Shown here piece by piece: positions 1-12,813 of a DNA stretch of 64,000 bases. Origin of the DNA: Ranitomeya imitator (lineage: Eukaryota); contig NC_091284.1 of NCBI RefSeq assembly GCF_032444005.1, positions 172,112,001 through 172,176,000 on the forward strand, written 5' to 3'. Below the pieces are notes generated by a model. It did not search any database and was not told where the DNA came from. It saw only the letters and a program-made list of their open reading frames with translations. A program made the position numbers and the translations under genes. How positions within the stretch are numbered: the stretch's first letter is position 1; every line of letters starts with the position of its first letter.

Positions 1-2089
1 ACAAATTGTATGGTGCAATTTCTCCTGTTACCCTTATGAAAATGCTAAATTTTGTGCTAAAATAACATTTTTGTGGGGAAAATGTGATTTTATTATTTTC
101 ATGGCTCAACGTTATAAACTTCTGTGAAACATCGGGGGGATAAAGGTGCTCACTCCACATCTAAATACATTCCTTGAGGGGTCTAGTTTCCAAAATGGGG
201 TCACTTATGGGTTTTTTGTACTGTTTAGGTACATCAGGGGCTCTCCAAATGGGACATGACGTCCGCTAATGATTCCAGGAAATTTTACATTCAAAAAGTT
301 AAATGATGCTTCTTCTTTTCCGAGCCCTGCCATTCACCCAAACAGTAGTTTTCTCCCTCATATGATGTATCGGCATACTCAGAATAAAGTGCACTACAAA
401 TTGTTTGGTGTGATTTCTCCTGTTACCCTTATGAAAATGTTAAATTTTGGGCTAAAATAACATTTTTGTGGGGAAAATGTGATTTTATTATTTTCATGGC
501 TCAACGTTATAAACTTCTGTGAAGCACTAGGGGTTCGAGGTGCTCACCACACATCTAAATACATTCCTTAAGGAGCTTAGTTTCCAAAATGGGGTCACTT
601 GTTGGGGGTTTCCACTGTTTAGGCACATCAAGGGCTCTCTCAACGGGACATGGCGTTCCACTAATGATTCCAAGAAATTTTGCATTCAAGAAGTCAAATG
701 AGGCTCCTTCCCTTCTGAGCCCTGACGTGCACTTGAACAGTAGTTTTCTCCCTCGTATGGGATATCGGCGTAGGAGAAATTGCACAACAAATTGTATGGT
801 GCAATTTCTCCTGTTACCCTTATGGAAATGCAAAATTTGGTGCTAAAAACATATTTGTGGGGAAAAAGCGATTTTTTTTTTTGGGTTTTCACGGCTCAAT
901 GTTATAAACTTCTGTGAGGCACCTGAGAGTTTAATGTGCTCACCACATATCTAGATCAATTCCCTGAGGGGTCTAGTTTCCAAAATGGTGTCACTTGTGG
1001 GGGATTTTCACTATTTATCCACATCAGACATAACGCCCACCAATGTTCCATCAAAATTTTGCATTCAAAAAGTCAAATGGCGCTCCTTCCCTTCCGAGCT
1101 TTGCTGTGCGCCCAAACAGTGGTTTTCTCCCTCATATGGGGTATCTGCATACTAAGGAGAAATTACACAACAAAGTTTGTGGTCCGTTTTTTCCAGTTAC
1201 CCTTGTCAAAATAAAAAAATTTGGATCTGAATTAAATTTTTTGTGAAAAAAATTAAATGTTCAATTTTTTCCCACATTCCAAAAATACCTGTGAAGCACC
1301 TGAAGGGTTAATAAACTTCTTGAATGTGGTTTGGAGCACCTGAGAGTTGCAGATTTTAGAATTGTCATTTGCCCCAACAATTCTTTGGGAATTCTTCTGG
1401 AATTCTTTGCCCCAGCACGTCCGACTATCAACCACATTCGGATCCTTCAGACGGAACCTGAAAACCCACCTTTTCAGGAAAGCCTGCAGCTTGCACTGAC
1501 CCCACTGCCTCCTCACCACTACCGAAGCTACCGCCTCACCAACATCAGAGCTCCCTATGGGAGGTGGAGCCGCATATTCATCACTGTAATAGGCGGCACC
1601 ACGTGACCGCTCATACAGGAGAAGCTGCGGCGAGGACAGGAAGTAGCGCCAGCGAGGGAACCAGGTAAGTATTTTATTAACTGCGGGGGGGGGGGGGGGG
1701 GGGGGCTGGTCAACTTTTATCCCTTGTAACTTCCTAACAAAAAAAAAATTTGCTTCCAAAATTGTGCTGATGTAAAGTAGACATGTGGGAAATGTTACTT
1801 ATTATGTCACACAAAATACTTAGTAACATCTCTGTGATTTATGGGCATGAAAATTCAAAGTTGGAAAATTGCAAAGAATTTTACATTTTCACAAATTTGT
1901 TTTTCACAAATAAATGCAAGTCATACCAAAGAAATTTTACTGCTCTCATGAAGTACAATATGTCACGAAAAAAAACATTGTCAGAATCACCGAGATCCTT
2001 TTAAAGCTTTCCAGAATTATTACCTCATAAAAGGATTGTAAAAATTGGCCCAGTCATTAACGTGCAAGCCACCCTCAGGGGTAAAGGAG
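1..2089 (+). mobile_element. Right-hand part of a TTAA-type (piggyBac-like) non-autonomous DNA transposon containing ~395-bp tandem repeats
   Basis: The anchor TAGTTTCCAAAATGG recurs at ~184, 578 and 974. The element ends ...GGGGTAAAGGAG|TTAA (2090-2093). The same repeat unit fills 53455-56118, downstream of a TTAA|CCCCTT terminus at 51941. Confidence 0.65.
1409..1552 (+). mobile_element. LINE L2-like 3' fragment
   Basis: Translates as GSFRRNLKTHLFRKAC, resembling the C-terminal 'FKxxLKTHLF' motif of L2-clade ORF2. Embedded in the TTAA element. Confidence 0.5.
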
Positions 2090-2728
2090 TTAAATGTGGT
2101 TCTTAAATAATTCTTGCAGGAACGGAGAGGCTCCTCACACAGTCACACAGCAAAACTCACGCTTTGCAGAGTGATGTTTACGAACTCTAATCTCACCCTA
2201 GATTGCTTATAATGCAATCCCATTTCATCCTACACTGTATGTCTCCTGTAAATCTAGTCTGCGATCAGTGGAAGTAATGTAACGCAGTCACATATGAGCA
2301 ACGCAGGAGAACGCAATTGCTACACTGCTTTTTAGATCAACAAGGCAGCCGCTCAGAAAAATGGGCTCTGAGTACTTTGGGGGCACTCCCAGATATAATT
2401 GAAGCACTAACGAGATTGAGGTTAGATTTTGACTGTCAATTCGAATTTTGTTGCTAGGAAACAAGATGTTATGTCAGCTCTCAAAAGGAGCGGCCTCCTC
2501 TTGAAATAGTATTATAGGAGCCACAAATTATATCAGCTGCAACCCATTTGTGTAGAGAATGATGCTGCTCATGCAGCTGATAGATTGATTTGTATGGCAA
2601 GGTTTTGTCCTTTTCTGTTCGGCCTGAGCAGTGACCCATGTTTACATTTTTTTTTTCACATTAAATTTCCTGTAACACTTTACATGTGTCAATTTAGCCC
2701 TGAGATGGCAGCATGTTTAGCTTTTTTA

Positions 2729-3440
2729 GGCTGGTTTCACATTTGCGTTTTTTTTTTTGCGTTTTTGCGGTAAAAAACGCAAAAAAAAGCATGCGTTTTC
2801 CCCCCTATATTTAACATTAAAAACACATGCGTTTTTTTGCATGCGTTTGACGCGTTTTTGCAACGCATGCTTTTTTCTCTGCATGCGTTGTGTTGCAGAA
2901 ATGCAACATGTAGTAATTTTTGCGGTGTTTCTTTGCCGCAAAAAAACGCATGTGTTTTTTCACGGCGAAAAACCTATTGATTTCTATGTAAACGCATGCG
3001 TTTTTAAGCACATGCATTTGTTTGCGTTAAAAACGCATGCGTTTTTATTAAAAAAAAGCCAGAAAACACACTGATATGCCACCCCCCACCATAAAGGTGA
3101 TAAAGGGATCCTAACCCTAACCCTAAAGGGATCCTAACCCTATCCCTAACCCTACCCCTAACCCTAACCCTACCCCTAACCCTAACTATTTCTGTTTATA
3201 GTGGGTTTTTTACTTTATTTTGATAATTGTCAGCTGTCACACATTTCTCAGCATGCGTTTAAAAAATGCAAACGCATGAAAAAACGCATGTAAACGCATC
3301 AAAACGCCGCGTTTTTTTTCACCACATGCAAAAACGCATGCGTAAAAAAAACACAGCATTTGCATGCGTTTACATGCGTTTTTTCACCATGTGTTTTTTT
3401 TAAAACGCATGCGTTTTGAAACGCAAGTGTGAAACCAGCC
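2729..3440. mobile_element. PIF/Harbinger-type MITE
   Basis: TIRs GGCTGGTTTCACA(T/C)TTGCGTTT. TTA duplicated at 2726-2728 and 3441-3443. Internal AAAACGCATGCGTTTT palindromic repeats. Confidence 0.9.
3110..3185 (-). repeat. Degenerate (CCCTAA)n telomere-like tract inside the Harbinger MITE
   Basis: CTAACCCTAACCCTAA...CCCTAACCCTACCCCTAACCCTAAC. Confidence 0.8.
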
Positions 3441-3922
3441 TTACAGAACGATTGCCTACTGTCTGTCCTTTCTGTCAATTAGAAACAGTACAAACCCAGA
3501 AGTGACACTGTTACTATCTAGCATCATGTCCAGTAGGTAATGATCTCTATTAGAGTGCGATACAATGATAATGCAAACTATTGGAATTTTAGCATAGAAC
3601 TAGTTGAGTTTTTTTTCATAACATGTCTTTTTATTGTCCTTATGGTTCTGAATGACATAAAAAGACAATGTCAATTAGAGGTATGACTGAAAAAGCAGCC
3701 AGAAGATGACCTAGTGGGCTGCTTCTGTGCTTATCTTTCAGCTTCAATAATATAATGTATTCAGTTCTCCGTAACTTGGATCTTATCTGATATGGTCATC
3801 CACATGGATGCTCACATCAGAAATATATCCAGGAGATTGAACAACTGGGTAAGATTGTGGCAAAAAAAGTCTTAAGATGGATTTATTGTCAGACAAAAGA
3901 TATTTCATCTGACAACATTCTA

Positions 3923-4378
3923 GGCTGGAGTCACACTAGCGTATCACATCTAATGCAAGAGGATTGGATGCGATATGCTAATGACCCTCGGCTCCAGCTC
4001 TGCTCTGAGCGTGAGCCGAGTGTCTCTGTGCTCAGATGCTCTTGCATGAGAGGATTACAGCTAGGGAGGAGACGGAGAAATTAATCTTCTCATGAATCTC
4101 CATCTTCTCCATTGCCGGTCTCCACGAGAATCGCACTGCAATCGGGTGATATTCGAGTGCAGTGTGATGTTTCACACGCAACCATAGACTTATATGGGTG
4201 CATGCAATCTGATTCATAGGTGCAGTTGCACCTTGCTGCAATTGTCTTCTCATGCCGAATTGGCATGAGAAAATAATCGCAGATGTGAGCTGCCCCATAG
4301 GTTATCATTCGGCCAAGTGCAATCTGATTTTTTTATCGAATTGCACTAGTCCAATTACATCACAAGTGGGACTGAGCC
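3923..4378. mobile_element. Degenerate Harbinger-type MITE
   Basis: Starts GGCTGGAGTCACACT and ends AGTGGGACTGAGCC (imperfect TIR), followed by CTTA. Confidence 0.55.
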
Positions 4379-4680
4379 CTTAGGGTGGCTGTTTACCCCA
4401 ATATCATCTCTATAGAGTCACAAAACTCTGGTGCATCTGTAAGGAGATGGACCAGCTGCCGTGTTCCCCCTGAAGACATCAATGCTAGTGTGGTGTAGGC
4501 TGTGAATAATGTTTTGTACCTGATATGTTTCCTTGTTATAACAGTTGTAATTCCCCTGTGGGCTATAGTAATAACTAACAGTCACAAGATGTAGGTGAAG
4601 TCTGCCCAGTAACACAACAGGCATAGAATTAGTTGAAGATTAACAGCAAGCCCAGATTGGAGAGGAGGAACTGAGGGTTA

Positions 4681-5180
4681 GGCTGCTTTCACACATCAGA
4701 TTTTTTGTCTTCAAGCACAATTCGGCGAATTTTGAGAAAAACAGATCCTTTGGAAACTGTCAAGAACTGATGCGATGGATCTGTTTTTCCACCGGATCCG
4801 AGTTTGTGGATCTGCCGGCAATTTTGGATTCTGGGGAAGACAGAGAAAGAGAGACAGAGACTCCAGAATGGAAAATGCATGATTTGTATAAAAAAAACGG
4901 AATCCATCACCGGATTCCAGCATTTGACGTCACGTTTCACCCGTTTTTCGCTGGATCCGTCGCTGTCCGCTTTTTTGACAGACAGAAAAAACGTTCCTAT
5001 GTAAGTTTTCTCTGCCGCTGGAAAACGGATTTTCGATGGATCCGGCAAAAAACTGATGAAACATGAGGCCATCGGTCAGAATCCGGCTCTAATACAAGTC
5101 TATGATAAAAAAACGGTACCGGCGGCAACTTTTGCCGGATCCATTTTTTTTCAAAATTCGCCAGATTGTGCCTGAAGTAA
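4681..5180. mobile_element. Harbinger-type MITE fragment (left end)
   Basis: TTA|GGCTGCTTTCACACATC terminus and internal GGATCC/CCGGATCCG repeats. No matching right TIR found. Confidence 0.55.
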
Positions 5181-6979
5181 GTGTGATGCATCTCACACAC
5201 AGCAACACACCGGGACTGAGACACGAGATGTCTGTAGGATACCAAAGCAAGTGGGAGCAGAAGCTCGCCCACAACTACCTCGCGTTGGCCTCTTACATGA
5301 AGAAAGAGGGGAAGATATGGCTCATGGCACAGATGGAAGAGTGCTGGAATACATGTGGCCCAAGATGGCAGCCTGAAGCATGGATTCTAAGATGGCAATG
5401 GTGGCAGTGAAGAGAAGAAGAAACATCGCCTATCGTGGGTGTGGGCAGTGCCAGAGAGTACAAAAATGTATTCAGCCCCCATGAATTATGGCCTGAAGAA
5501 GCATGAGCCCAACAGCCAGAGTTCAGCCCAGAATATGAGGTACGCTCCGGAGAAGGGCGTGGCGCAGCATGATGCGTACCCATTGAGAGGATGGTTGTTA
5601 TGGAAGGGGGTATGGATGAAAGCGAAGCTGCCGAAAGTGAAGTGTGACACTGTGGTCATTTCAGAAGCTCGGCCTAGGAAGAGGCGAAGCCAGATGTGCA
5701 GGAAGTGTGTCACCAGGAAGCGACTGGCATCATTTTCTCCACAATACACAAGGAGTGAGAAGTGAAGCGGTGAGCCCCGAGTAACTATGGCGAAGAGCAG
5801 GCAGAACATTAGCGACTTTCCCGACTGCTCTACGGACATTAGCGAGAGAGAGCTGGAAGCGGAGCAAGAGATGCCCTCTGCTCAGGGAGAGAAAACACCC
5901 AGTGTCACGATAGCGACGAAGGCGCGAAAAGCAATGGAACGATGCCGCGTAGAGGCCACGCAGACGGTGGTCCGTGATTACCGCATCTACTGCTGGGGTG
6001 ATCAGAGTGTGCTGGTGGAGGCACGAGTGGCAATTGAGGCTGAAGAACTGAGCTGTGGTGAGTCAGGGTAGACTCCAGCCAGTGAAAAGCAGGGCCATGA
6101 TGGGCCTCGGGGGCCGAAAGAGATGACTCAATTTGAGAATTGTAAGCCACTGGGAGAACATCAGCATGAAGTAATGGTGGAATGGCAAGTTACGCTGGCC
6201 CATTGTGAGTTGGCCAAGGAGAAAGCCGACCAAGGACGAGTGTGCCAGCTGCTGCAGATACCAAACAAGAAGGTGAGACCAAGTGGTCTACTGGAAAGAG
6301 TCAAGGCCAAGAAGGAGCCATGGAGGCCGCTTGGTTTGCGGCCTGTGATAGGGCCAAGTGCATGGAAACACTGTAGTCCCAGATGCCGGAAGTAAACCCC
6401 AACCTGGGGTGGACACCCCTTGCCACACAAGTGAAGATTATTGCGGGGGTGGTCTGGGTCCAGCTGAACAGTTCCGATAGGCAAAGAAGCCGTGATTGAC
6501 TGTGGAAGTTGATAGGCCTTGTCCTTCAGATGGGGTCTGAAGGATGACTTCATGGAGGAAGTGATCACTTCCCTGTCCGGTGGGATCCTGGTGCCGAGTA
6601 AGGTACCAATTCCTGTAACAAGCCCTGCTGGTGTCAAGAGTTACAGACATGCGGCCTGATGCTAAAGTGCAGCCGTGTGATCTGGCGGTGAAGGTCATCG
6701 GGTCCCCTAGAGAAGAGCCAGAGGACTGGTGAGGAAAATAGTCTGATGTTGAAGTACACATTGTGCTTGTTGCATATTTTGCTGGAGCAGCTTGGAACGC
6801 CAGGAAGATGAATGCTTTAGCAGGTCTAGAACCCATCTGTCCAAGACTTCTTGTTGTTGGCCACGGATGGCCATAGGTTTAGTTTATCCCTTTATTATCC
6901 CCCCCTTGATTGAAGGACTTTGCAAGAGGATTTTACACCCTTTGCTGGGTACCTTGCTTTACCAGTTGGGGACTTTTTC
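5181..6979 (+). other. Unclassified GA-rich, degenerate retroelement-like region
   Basis: Purine-biased with a coding-like texture, but only short ORFs and no recognisable RT, protease or integrase motif. Confidence 0.25.
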
Positions 6980-7643
6980 CCTCATATGAACTCGAGCCTG
7001 GGAAAATATTCATAATAGTTCCCAGGCTCGAGTTCATATGAGGACATCCAGCAGAGGGCGCATCACCGCAACTCGAGGTAACTACAGGTCATTCACCTAC
7101 ATTCCATTCATTCGCTGGGTTTCTACAGGCAGGGGCGGCTGCATTAGTAGGCTTCTGCTTGTAAAATTAGTTAACCCTTTCAGATGGATTTACAGCGTGG
7201 GACGAGACTGATCGTCGGAAGGTATGGAATATTGTTGTTTGTTTTGTTTACATTTGTTACAGGTGACAAGGGTCTTCAGGTGGATTACCAGTATAATAAA
7301 ATATTACAACAACCTGTGTATTTATTTCATTAAAATACTTTGTAATAATGTGTGTGTGTGTTTTTTTAACCATTTGATACTATTGGATTAATAATGGAGA
7401 GGTGTCATAAATGACACCTCTCCATTATTAATCTGGCTTAATGTCACCTTACAATAGCAGGGTTACAATAGCAAGGTGACATTAACCCTTCATTACCCCA
7501 TATCCCACAGCTACACAGAAATGGGAAGAGTGTGGCCAAGTGCCAGAATAGGCGTATCTTCCAGATGTGCCCTTTCTGGGGTGGCTGGGGGCAGATGTTT
7601 TTAGCCAGGGGGGGCCAATAACCATGGACCCTCTCCAGGCTAT

Positions 7644-9262
7644 GAGGTGCGAAACCGGCTAAATAAGATTAAAATAGATAAATCTCCGGGTCCGGATGGC
7701 ATACACCCACGAGTACTAAGAGAACTAAGTAATGTAATAGATAAACCATTATTTCTTATTTTTAGTGACTCTATAGCGACAGGGTCTGTTCCGCAGGACT
7801 GGCGCATAGCAAATGTGGTGCCAATATTCAAAAAGGGCTCTAAAAGTGAACCTGGAAATTATAGGCCAGTAAGTCTAACCTCTGTTGTTGGTAAAATATT
7901 TGAAGGGTTTCTGAGGGATGTTATTCTGGATTATCTCAATGAGAATAACTGTTTAAGTCCATATCAGCATGGGTTTATGAGAAATCGCTCCTGTCAAACC
8001 AATCTAATCAGTTTTTATGAAGAGGTAAGCTATAGACTGGACCACGGTGAGTCATTGGACGTGGTATATCTCGATTTTTCCAAAGCGTTTGATACCGTGC
8101 CGCACAAGAGGTTGGTACACAAAATGAGAATGCTTGGTCTGGGGGAAAATGTGTGTAAATGGGTTAGTAACTGGCTTAGTGATAGAAAGCAGAGGGTGGT
8201 TATAAATGGTATAGTCTCTAACTGGGTCGCTGTGACCAGTGGGGTACCGCAGGGGTCAGTATTGGGACCTGTTCTCTTCAACATATTCATTAATGATCTG
8301 GTAGAAGGTTTACACAGTAAAATATCGATATTTGCAGATGATACAAAACTATGTAAAGCAGTTAATACAAGAGAAGATAGTATTCTGCTACAGATGGATC
8401 TGGATAAGTTGGAAACTTGGGCTGAAAGGTGGCAGATGAGGTTTAACAATGATAAATGTAAGGTTATACACATGGGAAGAGGGAATCAATATCACCATTA
8501 CACACTGAACGGGAAACCACTGGGTGAATCTGACAGGGAGAAGGACTTGGGGATCCTAGTTAATGATAAACTTACCTGGAGCAGCCAGTGCCAGGCAGCA
8601 GCTGCCAAGGCAAACAGGATCATGGGGTGCATTAAAAGAGGTCTGGATACACATGATGAGAGCATTATACTGCCTCTGTACAAATCCCTAGTTAGACCGC
8701 ACATGGAGTACTGTGTCCAGTTTTGGGCACCGGTGCTCAGGAAGGATATAATGGAACTAGAGAGAGTACAAAGGAGGGCAACAAAATTAATAAAGGGGAT
8801 GGGAGAACTACAATACCCAGATAGATTAGCGAAATTAGGATTATTTAGTCTAGAAAAAAGACGACTGAGGGGCGATCTAATAACCATGTATAAGTATATA
8901 AGGGGACAATATAAATATCTCGCTGAGGATCTGTTTATACCAAGGAAGGTGACGGGCACAAGGGGGCATTCTTTGCGTCTGGAGGAGAGAAGGTTTTTCC
9001 ACCAACATAGAAGAGGATTCTTTACTGTTAGGGCAGTGAGAATCTGGAATTGCTTGCCTGAGGAGGTGGTGATGGCGAACTCAGTCGAGGGGTTCAAGAG
9101 AGGCCTGGATGTCTTCCTGGAGCAGAACAGTGTTGTATCGTGCAATTATTGGGTTCTGTAGAAGGACGTAGATCTGGGTATTTATTATGATGGAATATAG
9201 GCTGAACTGGATGGACAAATGTCTTTTTTCGGCCTTACTAACTATGTTACTATGTTACTATG
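7644..9262 (+). mobile_element. 5'-truncated CR1 non-LTR retrotransposon
   Basis: Contains an RT ORF and a 3' UTR ending in (TTACTATG)n. Removing it restores CAGGCTAT|TAATATCTGCCC, as in the sister copy at ~12310. No TSD. Confidence 0.95.
7647..9161 (+). CDS. CR1 ORF2 reverse transcriptase domain (N-terminally truncated; no endonuclease)
   Basis: Uninterrupted 504-aa frame with KSPGPDGIHPRVL, NYRPVSLTS, QHGF, YLDFSKAFD, SGVPQGSVLGP and FADDTKL. Confidence 0.95.
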   Translation: MRNRLNKIKIDKSPGPDGIHPRVLRELSNVIDKPLFLIFSDSIATGSVPQDWRIANVVPIFKKGSKSEPGNYRPVSLTSVVGKIFEGFLRDVILDYLNENNCLSPYQHGFMRNRSCQTNLISFYEEVSYRLDHGESLDVVYLDFSKAFDTVPHKRLVHKMRMLGLGENVCKWVSNWLSDRKQRVVINGIVSNWVAVTSGVPQGSVLGPVLFNIFINDLVEGLHSKISIFADDTKLCKAVNTREDSILLQMDLDKLETWAERWQMRFNNDKCKVIHMGRGNQYHHYTLNGKPLGESDREKDLGILVNDKLTWSSQCQAAAAKANRIMGCIKRGLDTHDESIILPLYKSLVRPHMEYCVQFWAPVLRKDIMELERVQRRATKLIKGMGELQYPDRLAKLGLFSLEKRRLRGDLITMYKYIRGQYKYLAEDLFIPRKVTGTRGHSLRLEERRFFHQHRRGFFTVRAVRIWNCLPEEVVMANSVEGFKRGLDVFLEQNSVVSCNYWVL

Positions 9263-9541
9263 TAATATCTGCCCTCAGTCACTGGCTTTACCATTCTGGC
9301 GGAGAAAATTGCGCGGGAGCCCATGCCAATTTTTTCTGCGATTTAACCATTTAATTTAATAGCTAGAGCGCCCAAATTTTGCACATACACACTACTAACA
9401 TTAGTAGTGTGGAATATGCAAAAAAAGGGATATGAGATGGTTTACTGTATGTAAACCATGTCTCATATCATGTCGGGTTTGTGAAGGAGATAGCTTAAAA
9501 GCCGCTAATTCAATTCCCGGCTTTTCCTATCTAGCGCTGTA

Positions 9542-9542
<1 letters not shown>

Positions 9543-9602
<60 letters not shown>

Positions 9603-10445
9603 TCTCGGCAGCTGCCTGTCATGGCTGCCGCGAACAATCAGCAACGGCCACAGTCCGATTAGTCCCTCCCCTACTCCCCTGCACTCACTGCCCGGCGCCC
9701 ACTCCGTAATCCCCTCCACTCACCGCTCACACAGGGTTAATGGCAGCGGTAACGGCCCGAGGTGTAACGCACTCCGTTACCGCTGCTATTAACCCTGTGG
9801 GTCCCCAACTATTTACTACTGATGCTGCCTATGCAGCATCAATAGTAAAAATATGTCATGTTAAAAATAATAAAAAAAACCAAAAAACCTGCTGTACTCA
9901 CCCTCCGCCGCCTTTCTCGCTCCTCGCCACACTCCTGGGACCGCTCCATTGCAAGCGACAGCTTCCGGTCCCGTCCCAGGGCTGGTGTGCGACAAGGACT
10001 TGCCGTGACGTCACGGTCATGTGACCGCGACATCATCATAGGTCCTGCTCACACCAGCCCTGGAACCGCAAGCTGCCGCTTGCAATGGAGCGATCCCGGG
10101 GAAGAGTGGCGAGGAGCGAGAAAGGCAGCGGATGGTAAGTATAGCAGGACGTCAATGGGCTATAGGTGAGTATATGTTTATTTTTTTTTTAACTCTATAC
10201 TACGTGGCTCTGTGCTGGCCAATATACTACGTGGCTGGGCAATATACTACGTGGCTCTGCTATATACTATGTGGCTGGGCAATATACTACGTGGGCTGTG
10301 CTATATACTATGTGACTGGGCAGTATACTACGTGGCTGGACAATATACTACGTGGCTGGGCAATATACTACGTCGCTGGGCAATATACTACGTGGACATG
10401 CATATTCTAGAATACCCGATGCGTTAGAATCGGGCCACCATCTAG
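9543..10445 (+). mobile_element. Non-autonomous Helitron-like element inserted in a (TA)n tract
   Basis: 3' hairpin CCCGAT...ATCGGG (10415-10434) followed by CTAG|T (10442-10446). Internal TATACTACGTGGCTGGGCAA minisatellite (10190-10400). The 5' boundary in (TA)n is approximate. Confidence 0.7.
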
Positions 10446-10453
10446 TGTGTGTA

Positions 10454-10497
<44 letters not shown>

Positions 10498-10727
10498 CGA
10501 TTTGAGCCCATGGATCCATTGTATGTCCGTATTGCAAGCCTGCGAGAAAATCTCGCAGTACGGATGCCATACAGATTACATACGGAGGATAGGATGCCAT
10601 GCGCAAAATACGCTGACACACCCTGCCTACGGATGACATACAGATCACTATTTTGGGGACTTTTCTGCATATTACGGCCATAAATAACGGACCATATGTT
10701 CATACGCTGAGTGTGACACCGGCCTAA

Positions 10728-12767
10728 GGCTATGTTCCCACGATCAGGAGATAGCAGCATTTTGGATGTAGTGTATTTTTGCTGCATCCAAAACGCTGCG
10801 TTCTAATCACACAGGTAAATCCTCATGTGTTCATTGAATAGGCGGATTTTTCATATGTAATGAATGACTAAGGCCGCCGTCACACATGCGAGTTTTACGG
10901 ACGTAAGAGCGCAGAATCTACGTCCGTAAAACTCGCAAAACATACGGCACAATTATTCTCTATGCCCCTGCTCCTATTTGCCGTATTTTACTGATCAGTA
11001 TTATACGGCTTTCTACGGCCGTACAAAATCGCAGCATGCTGCGTTTGTCACCGTACTGCGCAAGAAATATGCCAATGAAAGTCTATGGAAGCGTGAAAAA
11101 TACGGATTACACACGGACAAGCAGTGTGACTTGCGAGAAATACGCAGCGCTGTTAGAGAGAAAAGCCGGTAATTCAGTGCGGTGTACAGTAAAATCACAC
11201 TGACAGCTTACAATAGAATAGGTAGAATAAATGTGTACACATAGAATAGGTATATATATATATGTCAGTGAGACACATATATGTATATATATTAATATTT
11301 ATTCCAGCGCTATACAGCTTGAAAGCCGGTAATTCAATTACCGGCTTTTTCTTTCTCCTTCCTAAAACCCGACATGATTTGAGACATGGTTTACATACAG
11401 TAAACCATGTCTTCTCTCCATTTTTTTTGCAGATTCCACACTACTAATGTCAGTAGTGTGTATCTGCAAAATTTGGCCGTTCTAGCTCTTAAGATAAAGG
11501 GTTAAATGGCGGAAAAAATTGGCGTGGGCTCCCGCGCAATTTTCTCCGCCAGAGTAGTAAAGCCAGTGACTGAGGGCAGATATTAATAGCCTGGAGAGGG
11601 TCCATGGTTATTGGCCCCCCCCTGGCTAAAAATATCTGCCCCCAGCCACCCCAGAAAAGGCACATCTGGAAGATGCGCCTATTCTGGCACTTGGCCACTC
11701 TCTTCCCATTCCCGTGTAGCGGTGGGATATGGGGTAATGAAGGGTTAATGCCACCTTGCTATTGTAAGGTGACATTAAGCCTAATTAATAATGGAGAGGC
11801 GTCAATTATGACACCTATCCATTATTAATCCAATTGTAGTGAAGGGTTAAATAAAACACAAACACATTATTTAAATTAATGTGGGAAATTACCTAGAAAG
11901 CTCCCAGGCTTTAAGTATATTGTTGGTTTATTATGTTTTTTTACTCACAGAACGAGGGTCTTCAGTGACTGGATTGGGCGTTGAATAAAATACTGCAACA
12001 ACCATTGTTTTTATTTCATTAAAATAATTTTAAATAATGTGTTTGTGTTTTATTTAACCCTTCACTACAATTGGATTAATAATGGATAGGTGTCATAATT
12101 GACGCCTCTCCATTATTAATTAGGCTTAATGTCACCTTACAATAGCAAGGTGGCATTAACCCTTCATTACCCCATATCCCACCGCTACACGGGAATGGGA
12201 AGAGAGTGGCCAAGTGCCAGAATAGGCGCATCTTCCAGATGTGCCTTTTCTGGGGTGGCTGGGGGCAGATATTTTTAGCCAGGGGGGGGCCAATAACCAT
12301 GGACCCTCTCCAGGCTATTAATATCTGCCCTCAGTCACTGGCTTTACTACTCTGGCGGAGAAAATTGCGCGGGAGCCCACGCCAATTTTTTCCGCCATTT
12401 AACCCTTTATTTTAAGAGCTAGAACGGCCAAATTTTGCAGATACACACTACTGACATTAGTAGTGTGGAATCTGCAAAAAAAATGGAGAGAAGACATGGT
12501 TTACTGCATGTAAACCATGTCTCAAATCATGTCGGGTTTTAGGAAGGAGAAAGAAAAAGCCGGTAATTGAATTACCGGCTTTCAAGCTGTATAGCGCTGG
12601 AATAAATATTAATATATATACATATATGTGTCTCACTGACATATATATATATATACCTATTCTATGTGTACACATTTATTCTACCTATTCTATTGTAAGC
12701 TGTCAGTGTGATTTTACTGTACACCGCACTGAATTACCGGCTTTTCTCTCTAATATATGTGTCTACT

Positions 12768-12813
<46 letters not shown>

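Larger units (their letters stand above)
6980..10724. mobile_element. Right part of a large foldback Harbinger-type element, interrupted by a CR1 and a Helitron
   Basis: 7380-7643 and 9263-9540 match the arms of the intact copy at 10872-13066. Ends GTGTGACACCGGCC|TAA at 10724. Confidence 0.7.

Noticed and set aside
3742-4556. Candidate host exons (+ strand 3742-3848; - strand ~4556-4397 and ~3846 downward)
   Set aside because: There are plausible AG/GT sites, but with in-frame stops or phase mismatches between pieces and no recognisable protein. A homology search would be needed to revive them.
8030-9145. Antisense ORFs (147 and 215 aa) over the CR1
   Set aside because: Shadow frames of the RT coding strand with no independent motifs; the same pattern appears over the second CR1.
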